From assembly GCF_001194135.2 (NCBI RefSeq), contig NC_068984.1:53467886-53531885 (forward strand): DNA of 64,000 nt, given 5' to 3'. A model generated the notes under the pieces. The model was not told where the DNA came from. It did no database searches and saw only the letters and a list, made by a program, of their open reading frames with translations. This document shows, piece after piece, positions 37,741 to 51,334 of the stretch. The DNA is from Octopus bimaculoides (taxonomy: Eukaryota). The first letter of the stretch is position 1; each line of letters starts with the position of its first letter. Made by a program: the position numbers and the translations under genes.

Positions 37741-38647
37741 AAGCGCAGGCGTGGCTGTATGGTAAGAAGCTTGCTTCCCAACCACATAGTTCCGGGTTCA
37801 GTCTCACTGCGTGGCACCTTGGGTAAGTGTCTTCTACTATAGCCTCGGGCCGACCAAAGCTTTGTAAGTGGATTTGGTAGACGGAAACTGAAAGAAGCCC
37901 GTGGTCGCTGTTCCCGCCGGTGGTGTTGTCGCTAATAGAGCGACCACAGCAGGAGCAACAGTGCCAGCAACAGCAGCACCTACAACAGCAACGGGTGTAC
38001 TGACAACACGCACCCACATAGATACGTGGGATACACTGGGAATTCTCTAAAACAGCATTTTTCCAATCATTTGTCATCCTTCAGAGTCCCGGAAAGGAGA
38101 TACGTAACATTGCTGGCCAGCCATGTCTGGCAACTAAGAGACAACGGGATACCATACTCGATCGCATGGAAAATACTCGAGAACCCAGGCCCCTACATCA
38201 ACGGGACGAAATGTTGCAAGTTATGCATTGCCGAACGCACGAGAATCCTAAAAGAATCGCTGGTACCTGGGAGCATCCTGAACTCCAGGACGGAAATTTT
38301 CAGACCATGTTTGCATTTTAGAAGATTCCTGCTGGCATTTTGGAATTCGCAAGGCGATGCCACAGCTGGCAGCCAATAGCCAATGCCGAAAGGGAGGCAA
38401 TCATTTACATTCGTGGTTTTGTGGAAATCGCAAGAAGGCGGCGCAGCCGACGGTCGATGGCCAATGGCTAAGGGAGATAATCACCTCGTGTTTACCTTTA
38501 TAGCGGGGCCTTTCTCCCTCCATATTTTGGAGAGGTTTTAGGCTAGCAGTGTTTTGGAGTCGGAAGATTCGCCGTAAGGCCAAACCCCTTATGAGCGAGA
38601 AATCCAGAGTGTGCTTCTCCTCCCCCGGATTAATGTATTTCTACAAA

Positions 38648-38693
<46 letters not shown>

Positions 38694-38925
38694 GTATATT
38701 TCTGCGCGTGTGTGTCTTTGTGTCTGTGTTTGTTCCTCCATCATCGCCTGACAACCAATATTGGCGTATTTACGTCCCTGTAAGTTAGCGGTTCGGCAGA
38801 AGAGACCGATAAAATAAGTACTTGGCTTACAAAGATTATGTCCTGGGATCGATTGCTTCGACTAAAGACCCTTTGAGGCGGTGATCCAGCATGGCCACAG
38901 TCAAAATGACTGAAAGAAGTAAAAT
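37741..38925 (+). mobile_element. SINE-C split by a Penelope insertion: head 37741-37902, tail 38648-38925
   Basis: Head ends GAAAGAAGCCCGT. The sequence resumes CGATATATA...GTGTCTGTGTTTG...GGCGGTGATCCAGCATGGCCACAGTC...GAAAGAAGTAAAA. Confidence 0.85.
37903..38647 (+). mobile_element. Penelope-like element 3' fragment with an open GIY-YIG C-terminal half
   Basis: Frame open from 37939 to 38379: RYVGYTGNSLKQHFSNHLSSF...TLLASHVWQLRD...IAWKIL...CKLCIAERTRI...LNSRTEIFRPCLH, the Penelope endonuclease signature. Confidence 0.9.
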
Positions 38926-38967
38926 AATAATAAAAAGAATAATACACACACACACACCATTCTGCAG

Positions 38968-39125
38968 CCTTCTTTCAGTTTCTGTTTACCAAATCCACTC
39001 TCAAGGCTTTGGTCGATCCCGGGACTATTGTAGGAGACACTTGCACAAAGTGCCACGCAGTGGGACCGAACCTGAAAGCATGTAGATGGGAAACAAACTT
39101 CTTACCATACACCCACTTCTGCGCC
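38968..39125 (-). mobile_element. SINE-C 5' half. Similar head copies: 41075-41235, 52250-52400, 54455-54500, 61600-61740 (all minus)
   Basis: CTTCTTTCAGTTTCTGTTTACCAAATCCACTC...GACACTTGCACAAAGTGCCACGCAGTGGGACCGAACC. Confidence 0.8.
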
Positions 39126-39159
39126 TATAAAGTCAAGCCTGTGCTTCATATTGATTTCT

Positions 39160-40470
39160 TACATAGCCACAAGGCCTAACATCGATGGTGTGGATATAGT
39201 AGATTACATTAACTTCAGTTATTCACTGGTCTTTCAGTTTATCGACCCTGGAAAGAGGAAAGGCAAAGCTGGCATCTGTGGGAATTGGACTGTGAAAGTA
39301 AGTGATCGTAACTAAATGCTGTAAGGCATTTTGTCCGACGCTCTAACGATTTTGCCAGTCTGTCGACCTACTAAGTAAGCGGCAACAAGAACTGGCTCTC
39401 CGTCGGTTACAACAGTCTGCTCATGAAATTAATGTACATATGGCTGAGCACTCCACAGACACGTGTATCCTTAACATAGTTCTCGGGGAGAGTCAGCGCG
39501 ACACAGAGTATGACAAGGTTGGCCCTTTGAAATATAGATACTACTCCTTTTCGCCAGCTGAGTGAACTGGAGAAACTGGAAATAGAGTGTCTTGCTCAAG
39601 AGCCACGACGCGCGGTCAGGAATCGAACTCACGACCTTACGATCATGAACCGAGTACCCCCTAACCACTAAACCATGCATATGAAATAGTATCAGTATTT
39701 AGCATATGTAGGTTACAAGATTACAAATTTTTGGGGAAATGAACAGTCGATTTTATCGATCCAAATACTTAATTGGTGTGTATTTTATCGGCCTCGGAAG
39801 GATGAATAAGAAAGTTGATTTCAGCGGGATTTGATCTCGGAATGTAAAAGGGTGCAATTAAATACTGCAATATATTTGGCCCGACGCTGGTAATATCACT
39901 TCTAATATAGGCACAAAGCATAAATTTGGAGCGATGGCTTTGTAGATTGAAACGGGCCCAGCATTTGATTGGTGCTTATTATTTTATCAACCTCCTTCAA
40001 AGATGAATGGTAAATCTAACGCCAGTAGAATTTCAACCCGAGAAGTTAATAGTCTCAAATAAATATCTCATGATGATTTGTTCGATGCAAGTAATAAGGG
40101 TTTCTAAATTAAGCGCAAGACCAACAATTATAGAGGGAAGAGGTTTGTTGATAACATCGACCCTAGTGTTTGACTGGTATTTTGTTTTATTAATCCCGAA
40201 GAGATTAAAGGCGAAATTGACGTCGGTGGGATTTGATCTCATAACGTTAGCAACTTGATGATATATTGCAAGGCAGTTCTGACACTTTTACGATTCTGCC
40301 AGCACACCGCCTTATCCGATGCTTTCTACTATAGGTATGAGGCCTGGAATTTAGCGGGAGAAAGCTCGTCGATTACATTACCCCCAGCACTTGACTGATA
40401 CTTATTTTATCAACGTCGAAATGATGAAAGGGAAAGTTGACCCCAGTGGCATTTGAACTTAGAATGTCAA
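39160..40470 (-). mobile_element. Cluster of five co-oriented SINE-B copies (39160-39370, 39715-39890, 39900-40040, 40105-40313, 40320-40470)
   Basis: Repeated TTTTATCGAC/GGATGAAAG/ATTTGAAC blocks at different levels of decay. Confidence 0.8.
39380..39680 (-). mobile_element. Chimeric SINE: tRNA head, core M2 and a SINE-A-type 3' body
   Basis: GGCTGAGCACTCCACAGACACGTGTATCCTTAACATAGTTCTC (as in SINE-A) is joined to GCCAGCTGAGTGAACTGGAG...GTGTCTTGCTCAAG (as in 355-592). An older A-type body lies at 41440-41610 (+). Confidence 0.8.
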
Positions 40471-43143
40471 GGACTCCATGCGAGATCATATTTTATATTT
40501 CGGAGCTAGTACATCTAGGTCTACATTGTCAAATGTATTCTTTACATAGAAAAAAACACACAGTAACATGTAATTTGAGATCTGGTTGTTGTTTCTAAAC
40601 AGTCGAACATCTAGGTAAAGTGACTGCCTCATATTACAAATGAGAGGCGCAAAATGAGAAATAAATTACGTTAAAGTTGGAAATAGTGTCTACTCTCTAC
40701 TCAGTGTTGTGTTGGGTTAATGCTAAATATCTCAAAATATAACACATCTCAAATAGTATTTCTCCTTTGTATAGTTACATGTAACTATAGTATGATTATA
40801 TCTGATTGTAATCAGGAACTTGTAAGCAGGAACTTGGTGATACATAAATACGCTGAAAAATATAGGATTTTTAACGTTTTGTTATAGGAAAAAGGGAAGC
40901 ACCCATGAAAGACTGGTAAAGAAAAATGTTGAAACTATAATTAGATCGGAGTTCGGGTTCGAATACTTGCAACAGAATTGATTCGGCTAAAGACAACCAA
41001 TAGCTAGGTGATTGTTTTAAACCGAGAGATGGATTGAGTCTACCAGGCAAGAGAAAATACGGTCCATCAGCCAGGTTTCTATACAATTTCCACCTATCTA
41101 ATTACATCCACAAGGATTGGGTCATTTCGAGGTTATAGAAGATGAAACTTCCCAGGGAGGTGTACAGTAGGATTAAAACCGGAACAACGTGTTTGCGGTG
41201 CAAATTCCATAATTAAACGTCCACACCTACGCCCATATGTGAAATGATTTTAAGTGAAATAAATTGGCAATAAATTAGATCGATACCAATATATCTTAGG
41301 AAAGAACACTTTTATCATAATCTCAGGTCAACCAAATATTGTGCGTGAAATTACAACTGAGTAACATCTCAGGCAACCGTCATAGCCTCAGGATAACTGA
41401 TCCTTGTGACTGAAATTATACGGAAGCTTGCCCTGGAAGCCTTCAAAAGTCTAGCCTTGTCACGCTGTGTTACACGCTATGTCACATTGATTATGTTTGA
41501 GAATTTCTTTAAGGATACATGTATCTGTGGAATGTTCAGCCATTTATACGATAATCCAATGACCAAGAACTTCAGTTAATCGAACAATTGAATGCAAATC
41601 AAAAGCGACGGTGATCCATTTACTTTTACTGTATCTATGTAAGTTCTCTTCCGTTTGAAATCTTCCACATGTTCCAACGACAATATCAGGTTGTCATGTT
41701 TACACTTGTATATGTATGTATGTATGTATGTATGTTTTCTTTTTGAAATTTAAGATCTTAATACTAAAACACTGGTCCATAACAAAGTACAAATACCTTT
41801 TTGAGAGAGTTAGAATGTTCTACGCATCTCTGTATGTGAGCATGTGTGCGTGCGAGTGTCTGTGTGAGAGCAGATATATCTATATCGGCTTCCACGTATG
41901 TACAATAGCTGCTATATGTCCTAGTAAACATTTGTATAAACAAGTGTATACATACGTGTATAGCTGTGCTTGTATGGGTTTAGGCAAGAGAATCTTTTAC
42001 AACGTTTTGTAATGTTTTGCAAATCTTCCCTCCTCTCTCTGTTTCAGGGAAAAGTTTTTAATTACATATATTGGTGCACGACCACAGTGTTGCAAGGCGG
42101 GTCTCGTCGAATGAATTGACTGCAGTACATGACTGCACTTATTTTCATCGATTTAGGTTTAGAAGGTGATACTTAGATTTGAACACAATAAGATGAAACT
42201 AAATACAATGAAACGTTTACTCCTGCCATCTACTAATACTGACGAGAGTTCCAGAAAGAGACTCAACACGACCACTGGAACTGTAATCAATTCTTTTCTC
42301 TCTCTCAGATCACTTTCCAGCATCACCTTATTCTGTCTCTTGTTGCTTTAGGTCTTCGATTTCGTTCTTTAATGAAAGCCTGTACAAGGCCTGTAATTTT
42401 GCGGGAAGGGACTAGTCGATTACATTACCCTCAATTCTCAACTGGTACTTATTTAATGACCCCGAAAGGATGAAAGGTAAGATTATAAAAGATAACAAGA
42501 AACTGTAATATCTTTCTTGCTGCCCCATGAAATTAAAACTACAAACTAACACTAACAGTATACTGCAAAACCTAAAAACTTATTACTTATAAGTAACATT
42601 CTGTATATTTTACTTAACGTGGATATGTTGTAGGCAGCCACTGTAGTGCTAAAAAGCACAGAAGAATATCAGTAGTGGACGAAAACCGTCTTAATTATAC
42701 AAGCCACAAGCCTGTAAATTCACGAAGAGGCTACAAATGATCAATGTGGTTTATAAACCCAACTGCAAACTTCATGACACCTACTGTACAATAAAAGTTT
42801 CATTTTATTAAGCTTCATCTTCTTGTGTTTAAATTCTAAGTATCGATTTAATCTTTGGACATATAAACACGACACTCTCCCGTCGAGACTACATGCACCT
42901 ACAATGAAGAGCAATCGCAATGCATTTTACACAGAACAAAACTAAATAGGAAAAACTTAGTTGACAAGACATTTATACTTTACAGAACTTACCGCCTCCA
43001 GCATACAAAAAAAAGAAAAAGAAAAAGAATAAAATGAAAAAACGACTACTAAGGATGGCAGCAGATCTAATATTAAATTGTTAAATTAGACACACAGGCA
43101 AGACGTACTATCCGCAAAGAAAAATAAACACCTGACTGGTTAG

Positions 43144-43202
<59 letters not shown>

Positions 43203-43918
43203 CGTGTGTGTGTCAAAATCAGCCTGTAAACTTTACACACACACACTCACACACATATGCACACACATGTACATCCACACTTTCACACACATTTACAGGC
43301 ACTCACACATGCACGTATAATGCATCTCATTAGCACTGTAAATATTGTGTGACGAAAGTATACCATCTGGATGGAAAGTTGTCAAGATAAAGATAATGAA
43401 TATTTGTTGTTGATATTGTTGTTTAACCCTGGGTCTGCATTAAGTGGAGAAACCATGCTGAAAGGTATTCCACCATGGAATTATTCAGTTCAGAAATTAC
43501 ACAGCGTGTCCTTCAATTTTTTTCCTATGATGACAAGGTGTGATCTGATAGAGGGAACTGACTACTATTCCTAGCAAGTCTAGTGAATGCGTTGAGTCTA
43601 CCTCTATGATTCAAGTCAGTAACAGTTGATGGCAGGAGTAAATATTTAATTCTATTTAGTTTCATCTCTCCGTGTACAAATTTTACCGCTATCGATCTTG
43701 TTGTTAATCCCCCGAGGTCGATAAAATAAGTGACATACACACATACACGCGCATAACACACACACACCTTCACATACACACATACCTTCACACACTCAAA
43801 CACACACGCGCGCGCGCACACACACAGAGAAACTAAAAGAAAGTTTGAAAGAAAACTAACAGCATATGTGAAGTGAGAATGTGACCAGTGAGCAGAGAGC
43901 TGATTACGTGAAACGGGA

Positions 43919-43999
<81 letters not shown>

Positions 44000-44318
44000 G
44001 CAATGAAATAAAATGAATAAAGAACTGCAGAGGTAGACTATGGGAAAGATCTTCGAGAAAAGAACCGAATACGACCAGAAAAGAACCGTTTCTTTATTAG
44101 AGAAATATTCAAGCAAGATGACTAAGATACGATTTGAGTCTCCTACGATAATGACATCAGAATGAAAAAGGCTATGGTTTTCAAACTTCAATCCGTTATC
44201 AAGTTCGTAAACGTTAATAGATTAAAGAAGCAATGTTATGAAGCTATATAAATTTAAGATCAAAGTAAACTAAAATTTCCACTGGTCACGCTTGTCACTA
44301 TAATAATCCTTTCTGTTA

Positions 44319-44828
44319 AAAAAAAGTATGGAGCGCAAGTGTAATTTCAATAAAGAACAAAATAAGAATTTTTAACACTAACGTAAAAGCGGTTTTATTG
44401 TATGGGGCTGAGACATGGAGAACAACAGTTAAGTCAAATAAGCAAATACAATCATTCATCAACAGGTGCTTGCGTAGTATACTTAAAATCAGATGGCCCG
44501 AACACATAAGCAATATGGAGCTATGGCAAAGAACGAATCAAGTTCCGATTAGAGAGCAAATATTTAAGAAAAAGTGGAAGTGGATTGGTAGCACAATTAG
44601 AAAGGACACACCAAATGCAGCGAAAAGTGCTTTACAGTGGAATCCGGAGGGATATAGAAAGAGGGGTAGGCCTAAGAACTCGTGGCGTAGATCAACACAA
44701 AAGGAACTAGAGAAAGGGGGACATTCATGGCAGAGTATAAGTACATAAGCGAGAAATTATGCGATATGGAATTCAATTATAAGTGGTCTATACTCCGCGT
44801 TGGAGGGTTAAAGGCAAGAAGAAGAAGA
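44319..44828 (+). mobile_element. RTE-clade LINE 3' end inserted into a SINE-B tail
   Basis: KKVWSASVISIKNKIRIFNTNVKAVLLYGAETW...CLRSILKIRWPEHISN...WKWIGSTIRK...ALQWNPEGYRKRGRPKNSWRR. (GAA)n tail; candidate TSD TGTTA (44314-44318 / 44829-44833). SINE-B resumes at 44834-45012 (minus). Confidence 0.92.
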
Positions 44829-45529
44829 TGTTATAAGTATAAGGCCTGAAATTTTGTGCATCGATCCCACTGTTCCACTGGTACTTATTTTATAGACCCC
44901 GAAAGGATCAAAGGCAAAGTCGACCTCTGCGAAATTTGAATTCAGAACGTAAAGTCAGAACAAACGCTACTAACCATTTTGTCCGGCGTCCTAACGATTT
45001 CTGCCAGTTAGGGCGATATCTCGGTTTTGTAGATATAATTCCAAATAACGAAATGAAAGGAAAACAATGACCGAAGCATTAAAAGGTGATGTAAAACCAC
45101 AGTCTTCATTTTGTAGGTACCAATGATGCAAATTTATATACGAATAGAATACAAGAGACATCGTTTTATCTAAAATAAATATCGGGCCATGCAAGGAACT
45201 TCAGACAGTCCCCTACCCAAAATCAATTTCAAGAGTTTACCTGGCGTCATATTCACAAGCATACCTATTCAGGTCAGTCGAAGATTACTTTTCTATGTAA
45301 TGCCGATTACTAACGACTACGATTATTTTTTACTCTTAATCATTCCACTTCCTTCCACGTTTGTTATCCACCATTTTATATACTTAACATGAAAGGCAAC
45401 CTAAGATGTGTGTTAGACACATGCGCATACCTTTACCTATATCTACATACATATGTATAATGCGTGTGGGAATCCGCATGAGTAATGATGCAACATTTCA
45501 TGTACATATTAACAAGACATTGTGCAGGT

Positions 45530-45990
45530 GAGTAACTGGATGGATTCTTAGATGATTGAGAACCAGAAATAAGGATTTCTTGCTACTCCTATGGAGGACT
45601 TTTGTTCTCAGTCACCTGGATTACTGCTCGCAACTGTATTCGCTACAGAGCGTCAATCTGCTGGTAGTACTTGAGGGAATCCAGCGCCACTACACAAAGA
45701 AGACTGACTCGGTGAAACAGATGAGTTACTGGGAGAGGCTACAAGAACTGAAGCTCTACTCTCTGGAGAGAAGGCAAGAAAGATATGTAATGATATACAT
45801 AGGAAAGATCCTTGAAGTTCTAGCTCCTAACTTTCAAATTAAAATCCGAACTGGATGGTACTGCATTATACCAAAAATCCCGTCTTCTTCATCTCGGATA
45901 AGAACCCAGTATTGCAACAGCTTGGGTTTCAGGAGACCACAGCTGTTTAAAAACCTGCCAAACAACCTCAGAGATTTGTGAAGTGTAGCA
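45530..45990 (+). mobile_element. CR1-clade LINE 3' fragment
   Basis: LLLWRTFVLSHLDYCSQLY...LEGIQRHYTK...SYWERLQELKLYSLERRQERY...PQLFKNLPNNLR. Confidence 0.9.
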
Positions 45991-46131
45991 GGAGGTACAA
46001 AGGTACAAAGAAGAGAAGCTCCGCTTCATCATCAAAAACAGTACAGAAAGGAAACCCAGAAACACTGACAGGCAATACCCCAGTGTGGTCCCAGTTTTTG
46101 GCTGAAACCAGTAAAAGATAAAAGAAACGAC

Positions 46132-46162
<31 letters not shown>

Positions 46163-46570
46163 TGTATGTATGTATGTATGTATGTAGGTAGGTAGATATA
46201 TTTGTATGTATGTATAACTGAAAATATAATTGAATTAGTGTATTTATTTCAGGTATCATATTGATTCAGGCAATCACAATTCTTTTTAATGTAGATAGTA
46301 TATACAGAGTTCATATGATCCAGGCGTAAACCTCAGTGATATCTGTTTCACATACCCTGCTACTCTGCTAATACCTCTGCAGACGGTGTGAACACTACTT
46401 GTAACACTCTGGAATCAAGCGGATGATCCTCACCTTGATAAGATAGCTCAAGTATTTCTAATTAGACATTTTGTTTTCAATTAAATATGTTCACCCTCAT
46501 TCTATATCAATTATATGTTCTTCATCATGCGGATCGAATATCTACGTAATTAATTTTAGTTGTATGTGTG

Positions 46571-46615
<45 letters not shown>

Positions 46616-47123
46616 NNNNNNNNNNNNNNNNNNNNNNNNNNNNNNNNNNNNNNNNNNNNNNNNNNNNNNNNNNNNNNNNNNNNNNNNNNNNNNNNNNNNN
46701 NNNNNNNNNNNNNNNNNNNNNNNNNNNNNNNNNNNNNNNNNNNNNNNNNNNNNNNNNNNNNNNNNNNNNNNNNNNNNNNNNNNNNNNNNNNNNNNNNNNN
46801 NNNNNNNNNNNNNNNNNNNNNNNNNNNNNNNNNNNNNNNNNNNNNNNNNNNNNNNNNNNNNNNNNNNNNNNNNNNNNNNNNNNNNNNNNNNNNNNNNNNN
46901 NNNNNNNNNNNNNNNNNNNNNNNNNNNNNNNNNNNNNNNNNNNNNNNNNNNNNNNNNNNNNNNNNNNNNNNNNNNNNNNNNNNNNNNNNNNNNNNNNNNN
47001 NNNNNNNNNNNNNNGCCTTCGGCCATTTGAGTCTGATGTGTCGCCTATACTGCTAAGAGCTTTAGAGGTGCGAAGCCATTGGTCACCCTATGACCGGCCA
47101 TAACATTCAACTTCCTATACGCG

Positions 47124-47179
<56 letters not shown>

Positions 47180-47560
47180 TACACACACATATGTACATAC
47201 ATATGTTAGTTTTTGACGTCTACTCGTATTGCAACAGAGCAAAACTACTTCATGATTTCTTAGTCACTGCTTCACCAACTACAGCGTAATCTTTGCCTCG
47301 TTGGAAGAGGTCAAATAATCCCAAAACATATTCTGAGTTGTCTCTCGTATGTATTTACTAAAATGATCAAAACACTGTTAGTCAGCCAAACTTCTGTTTT
47401 GCCAGCAGCAGTAGTATTTGTAATTAGAATTTTTTCAATGCATTAAGTTCACCCCTACTTAACTATGAAAGGTCAGACAACTGATTATATTTGTGGAATT
47501 TCTGAGAATAAGAAATATAGACACAATAGATGTGTGTGTGTGTGAGAAAGAGAGAGGGAA

Positions 47561-47591
<31 letters not shown>

Positions 47592-47801
47592 TAAGGAGAA
47601 AACCAGTGGGTGTATGAAAGAGAGAGAGAGAATTTTGTATGCGTGTGTGAAAGAGAGAGCAGGAAGGCCATAAATGATAAAACCATGGACTAAATAGTTT
47701 AAAGTATTTTTGTCTCTATTTTACCATAATCCCATTAAAACGGAAGCTATTGCTTTATTAAAAAGCTGTTCTTGATTTAGTAACCAGTGTCCCACTGACT
47801 G

Positions 47802-47885
<84 letters not shown>

Positions 47886-49333
47886 TAATAACCGTTGTCA
47901 AATGGTTACCATTCCTTAAATTGTTGACCAAAAATATATCTTTGATAAAGCGTTTTTAGTTGGCTTCGTTTCCAAAATCTTCATCGTATGCCGCCGCCGC
48001 CGAAAACTCTTTTTAGATTTTGGAGATTTTTACAAGCTGATTCCTGGCATCGTCTATCGACTTACATGCATTGAAGCATCTAACCTTATATAGTCTCGTG
48101 ATTTTACTAAAACGTGTGTGAGTCCTGAAAACCATTTGATTTTAGTGGCACCACCTCTTGAAGACTTTATGAGGGTTAAGCTATTCAGGTATAATACATT
48201 CTGCTTTAATTAAACCCTAAAGTGGATTTGAATTCAGTATTTTAACCATCTGATATCCTCGTTGGTTATACATCATCAGATGGGAAGATCAAGTCATTTA
48301 AGGGTTATGATATTCGGCAACGAACGCAAGAGAAAGCTGATCGGTATCTTGACATCCTATTAACTTTACTAATTATGTTTCATGTGGATGTGTTCTCCTT
48401 GAAAACATCCCTCGAGTTTTAATGTTGTTTTCTCACACCAGTGTATGCACATTCTTTATCTATGCATAAATATTTCTCTTTTCATTTACCTGACAGACGC
48501 GTGAGCGACTCTGCTTCGTTAACGATGTCTAATTAGACTGAAACAAGCCTTGAGTTTGCTTAAGATCATTGCATCCTTCACTACATTAGGTTGCCTATTT
48601 CCAATTTTAATTAATTGTGGCTATCGTGCGGCAAGTCATTAAAAAAAAAAAAGCTTTTTTGAGCTGAATGAAGCATTATCAGTAATGATTACCTCTCCTC
48701 AGTACAAGTTAATTAATAAAAACGACATTCGTTAACAATTAATAATAATTATCGTGCTGTTCAAATTTATAATGTCAGTATTTACTATTTAATTGGCAGC
48801 TGCGGCTCTCGAATAAGCAATCGAATTTAAAACCATAATGATTTTTAAACATAAGCACAAGATCGTACATTTGTAGGAGTGCGACATTATGGATTGAATC
48901 AACTTACACACATGCCTAGTTCTTAATTTTTATCTACCAGAAAAATAAAAAGCAACTCTGAAAGTATTCTGTCTAAACAAAATACTACGCAAATTTTATC
49001 CTAGGAGTGAGGGATTTCTACAACAAGAATGCAAAGCTGAAAAATAAGAAAACAAGCTACTAATTTACGTCTACAGAATTTGCAGGAACGTTAATTACAT
49101 AGATAAACATTATATAGAACATTTCTATGATATTGTTCTACCGCGGTCTATGTATGTAACGCTTAACTATGACTGATAAAGTATGGAACAACATCGTAGA
49201 CATAATTTATTTTAGAAACAACGTTAATATTATTGCAATTGTTCGTATTGACAGCAAAATAATTCTTTTAAATTACGTTGGATACTTACATATTCCTGAT
49301 ATATATATATATATCTTTTGAATTCATAGCTCA

Positions 49334-49430
49334 TGTCGGTTGCTCCTTATAGTATCCTACGGAGGAAGTACCTAAGGTCTCTACCCCGACGATCCTCTCT
49401 AGAAAAGAGAGATGGATGGATGAATGGATG
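49334..49430 (+). mobile_element. 97-bp extreme 3' end of an RTE-type LINE with a 14-bp TSD
   Basis: GAATTCATAGCTCA at 49320-49333 and 49431-49444; (GATG)n tail. GTACCTAAGGTCTCTACCCC matches the 3' end of the 1105-1430 family. Confidence 0.75.
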
Positions 49431-51334
49431 GAATTCATAGCTCAATAGGGCTGCTACTATACTTTGTTCAATCTCAGCCATATGCACATTAAAGCGTTGA
49501 AAATGTTGCCCTACAGAACAGAATGTCTTCAATTCATTCCGTAATTAAGATAGTTTAAAGCGCTTGCTACATACATTACTCTTTCAACGAATTTTCAGTC
49601 ATTTTATTACAAAATCGTAATGGAAAGGAAAAGAGAAGTGAACCAATATTTTCTCAAGGATACTTGCATGTCGTTCTTTCTTGAGCACATTCTCTTTTTC
49701 ACGTAAAGTTAAAAATAACAGATAACATTTCTTACGCTAGAAAAGGTGGCAAGTGATAGCAAAGAATATAGTTTTTCGAGTATATTCTCTCCTAAAAATG
49801 CACCTTCAATATTAATGTAGATTTTACATCTCAAGGGTCAAGCGCTTCATAAAAGAAAAGAAAACTTCAAAAGAAATTCTGTATTTCATGGTTCCCTATA
49901 AACTTCCAACAAACTAAGTATTTCTTAAATAACCGTGGAATTTCCACGCATTCAGCTGGTACATTTAAGCAGTTTAGCTATAAACACAAAGTAATGGTTA
50001 GGCATCTATTTATATCAATTCTTCTATTCTTTTACTGGCTTCAGTCATTGGACTAGTTCGTAGTTTATCGAAATCTATCTATTCAAGTGCTAGGTTATAA
50101 GGTCAGCGATATTGTTGTATAGTGAAACTGTACATCCCTCCCGGTAAAAAGTGGTTCCTACCATTACAAATAGACCAATAACCGGTCGTCAAGAGAGGGT
50201 TGAGAGATGAAGAGTGGAGAGTCGACAGCTCTAATCAGTGTCTTGTGGAGCTATCAGTGATAATAAGACAGAAAAAGTTAGTGTATTACTATTCCGGTAC
50301 GAAGAGATTGGTTTAACAGAAAGGAGGAAAAGACCACAATTCATAGATTGATCTTTTGAATTTATTTTTACGTATGCGTTGTTCGGGCCTAACAGCACAT
50401 AGTTTTCATACAGTATGCATGTAATTCGTGAAGTGGTGGTATAATTCACCTTCGATTTGGTTCTGGTACATGATATTAATAAGCCACAAAAAGGCGAAAC
50501 AGTGATGTCCGTTACTCTTGAATGGGAGATAGGTTGAGTTGTCTCCTCTGTCTATGACTCTCAGGTGTTTTAACACATGGCGCTTTGAGAGAGTTATCTC
50601 CACCGCGCCAGACACAATCTACCGGCAAATACACTTGGCTTGTGCATGAAGTATATGTGGTCGACAATGTTTATTACACTAGCGCTGCTTCTATTTCATA
50701 TTTGAATTGATCTGTTTATACTCAGCCAGGAGACGTCCGAAATTCTTACAACAAAGTAGACTCTGTAAAAAACATTTAGAGTCAGGTGGTAGTGTTGTGT
50801 CGAACGATTATTTAGATTTACCACCAAAACATATTGAGTTGTTTGCAGAACCCTTCAGAAAATATTTATTTTTGCTTTCAATATAAAAGAAAGACGACTG
50901 TTAATTATTTCACAATTCTTATAAATCAGCAGTGGCGGGAGGGACATGACACTAAAACCGTAATGGAATATAAACTACGATTATTGATCTTGGAGAAAAA
51001 AAACAAACAAACTAATTATATCAACTGAAATTGTTCTATCAATACCAAAATATACGGTATTACATTTTATAGCCTGGAAGAATTTAGCAAAGAAAATGAA
51101 AAGATTTATCTAGAAAAAATATAAACAAAATAAATACAAAACAATTATACTTTACGTAAAAAGGCATGAATTAATCACAGCATATTAAAAAAAGAGTAAA
51201 AATAAGAAGTCACGTGTCTTCTTACTTCAATCACTTTTTTTCTCTTATACATTGGTTCACCATTGGTTCAACTGAATTCTGACAAACAGCAACTGAAAGA
51301 AAATGATGCGGCTTAACTACATCGTTTCTCTATT

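Noticed and set aside
38403-38414. ATTTACATTCG shared with the SINE-H tail
   Set aside because: An 11-bp AT-rich match in the opposite relative orientation is expected by chance.
38549-38620. Search for a hammerhead in the Penelope 3' region (CCCCTTATGAGCGAG...)
   Set aside because: Only a mutated CTTATGAG is present, with no stem II or GAAAC, so it cannot be called a ribozyme.
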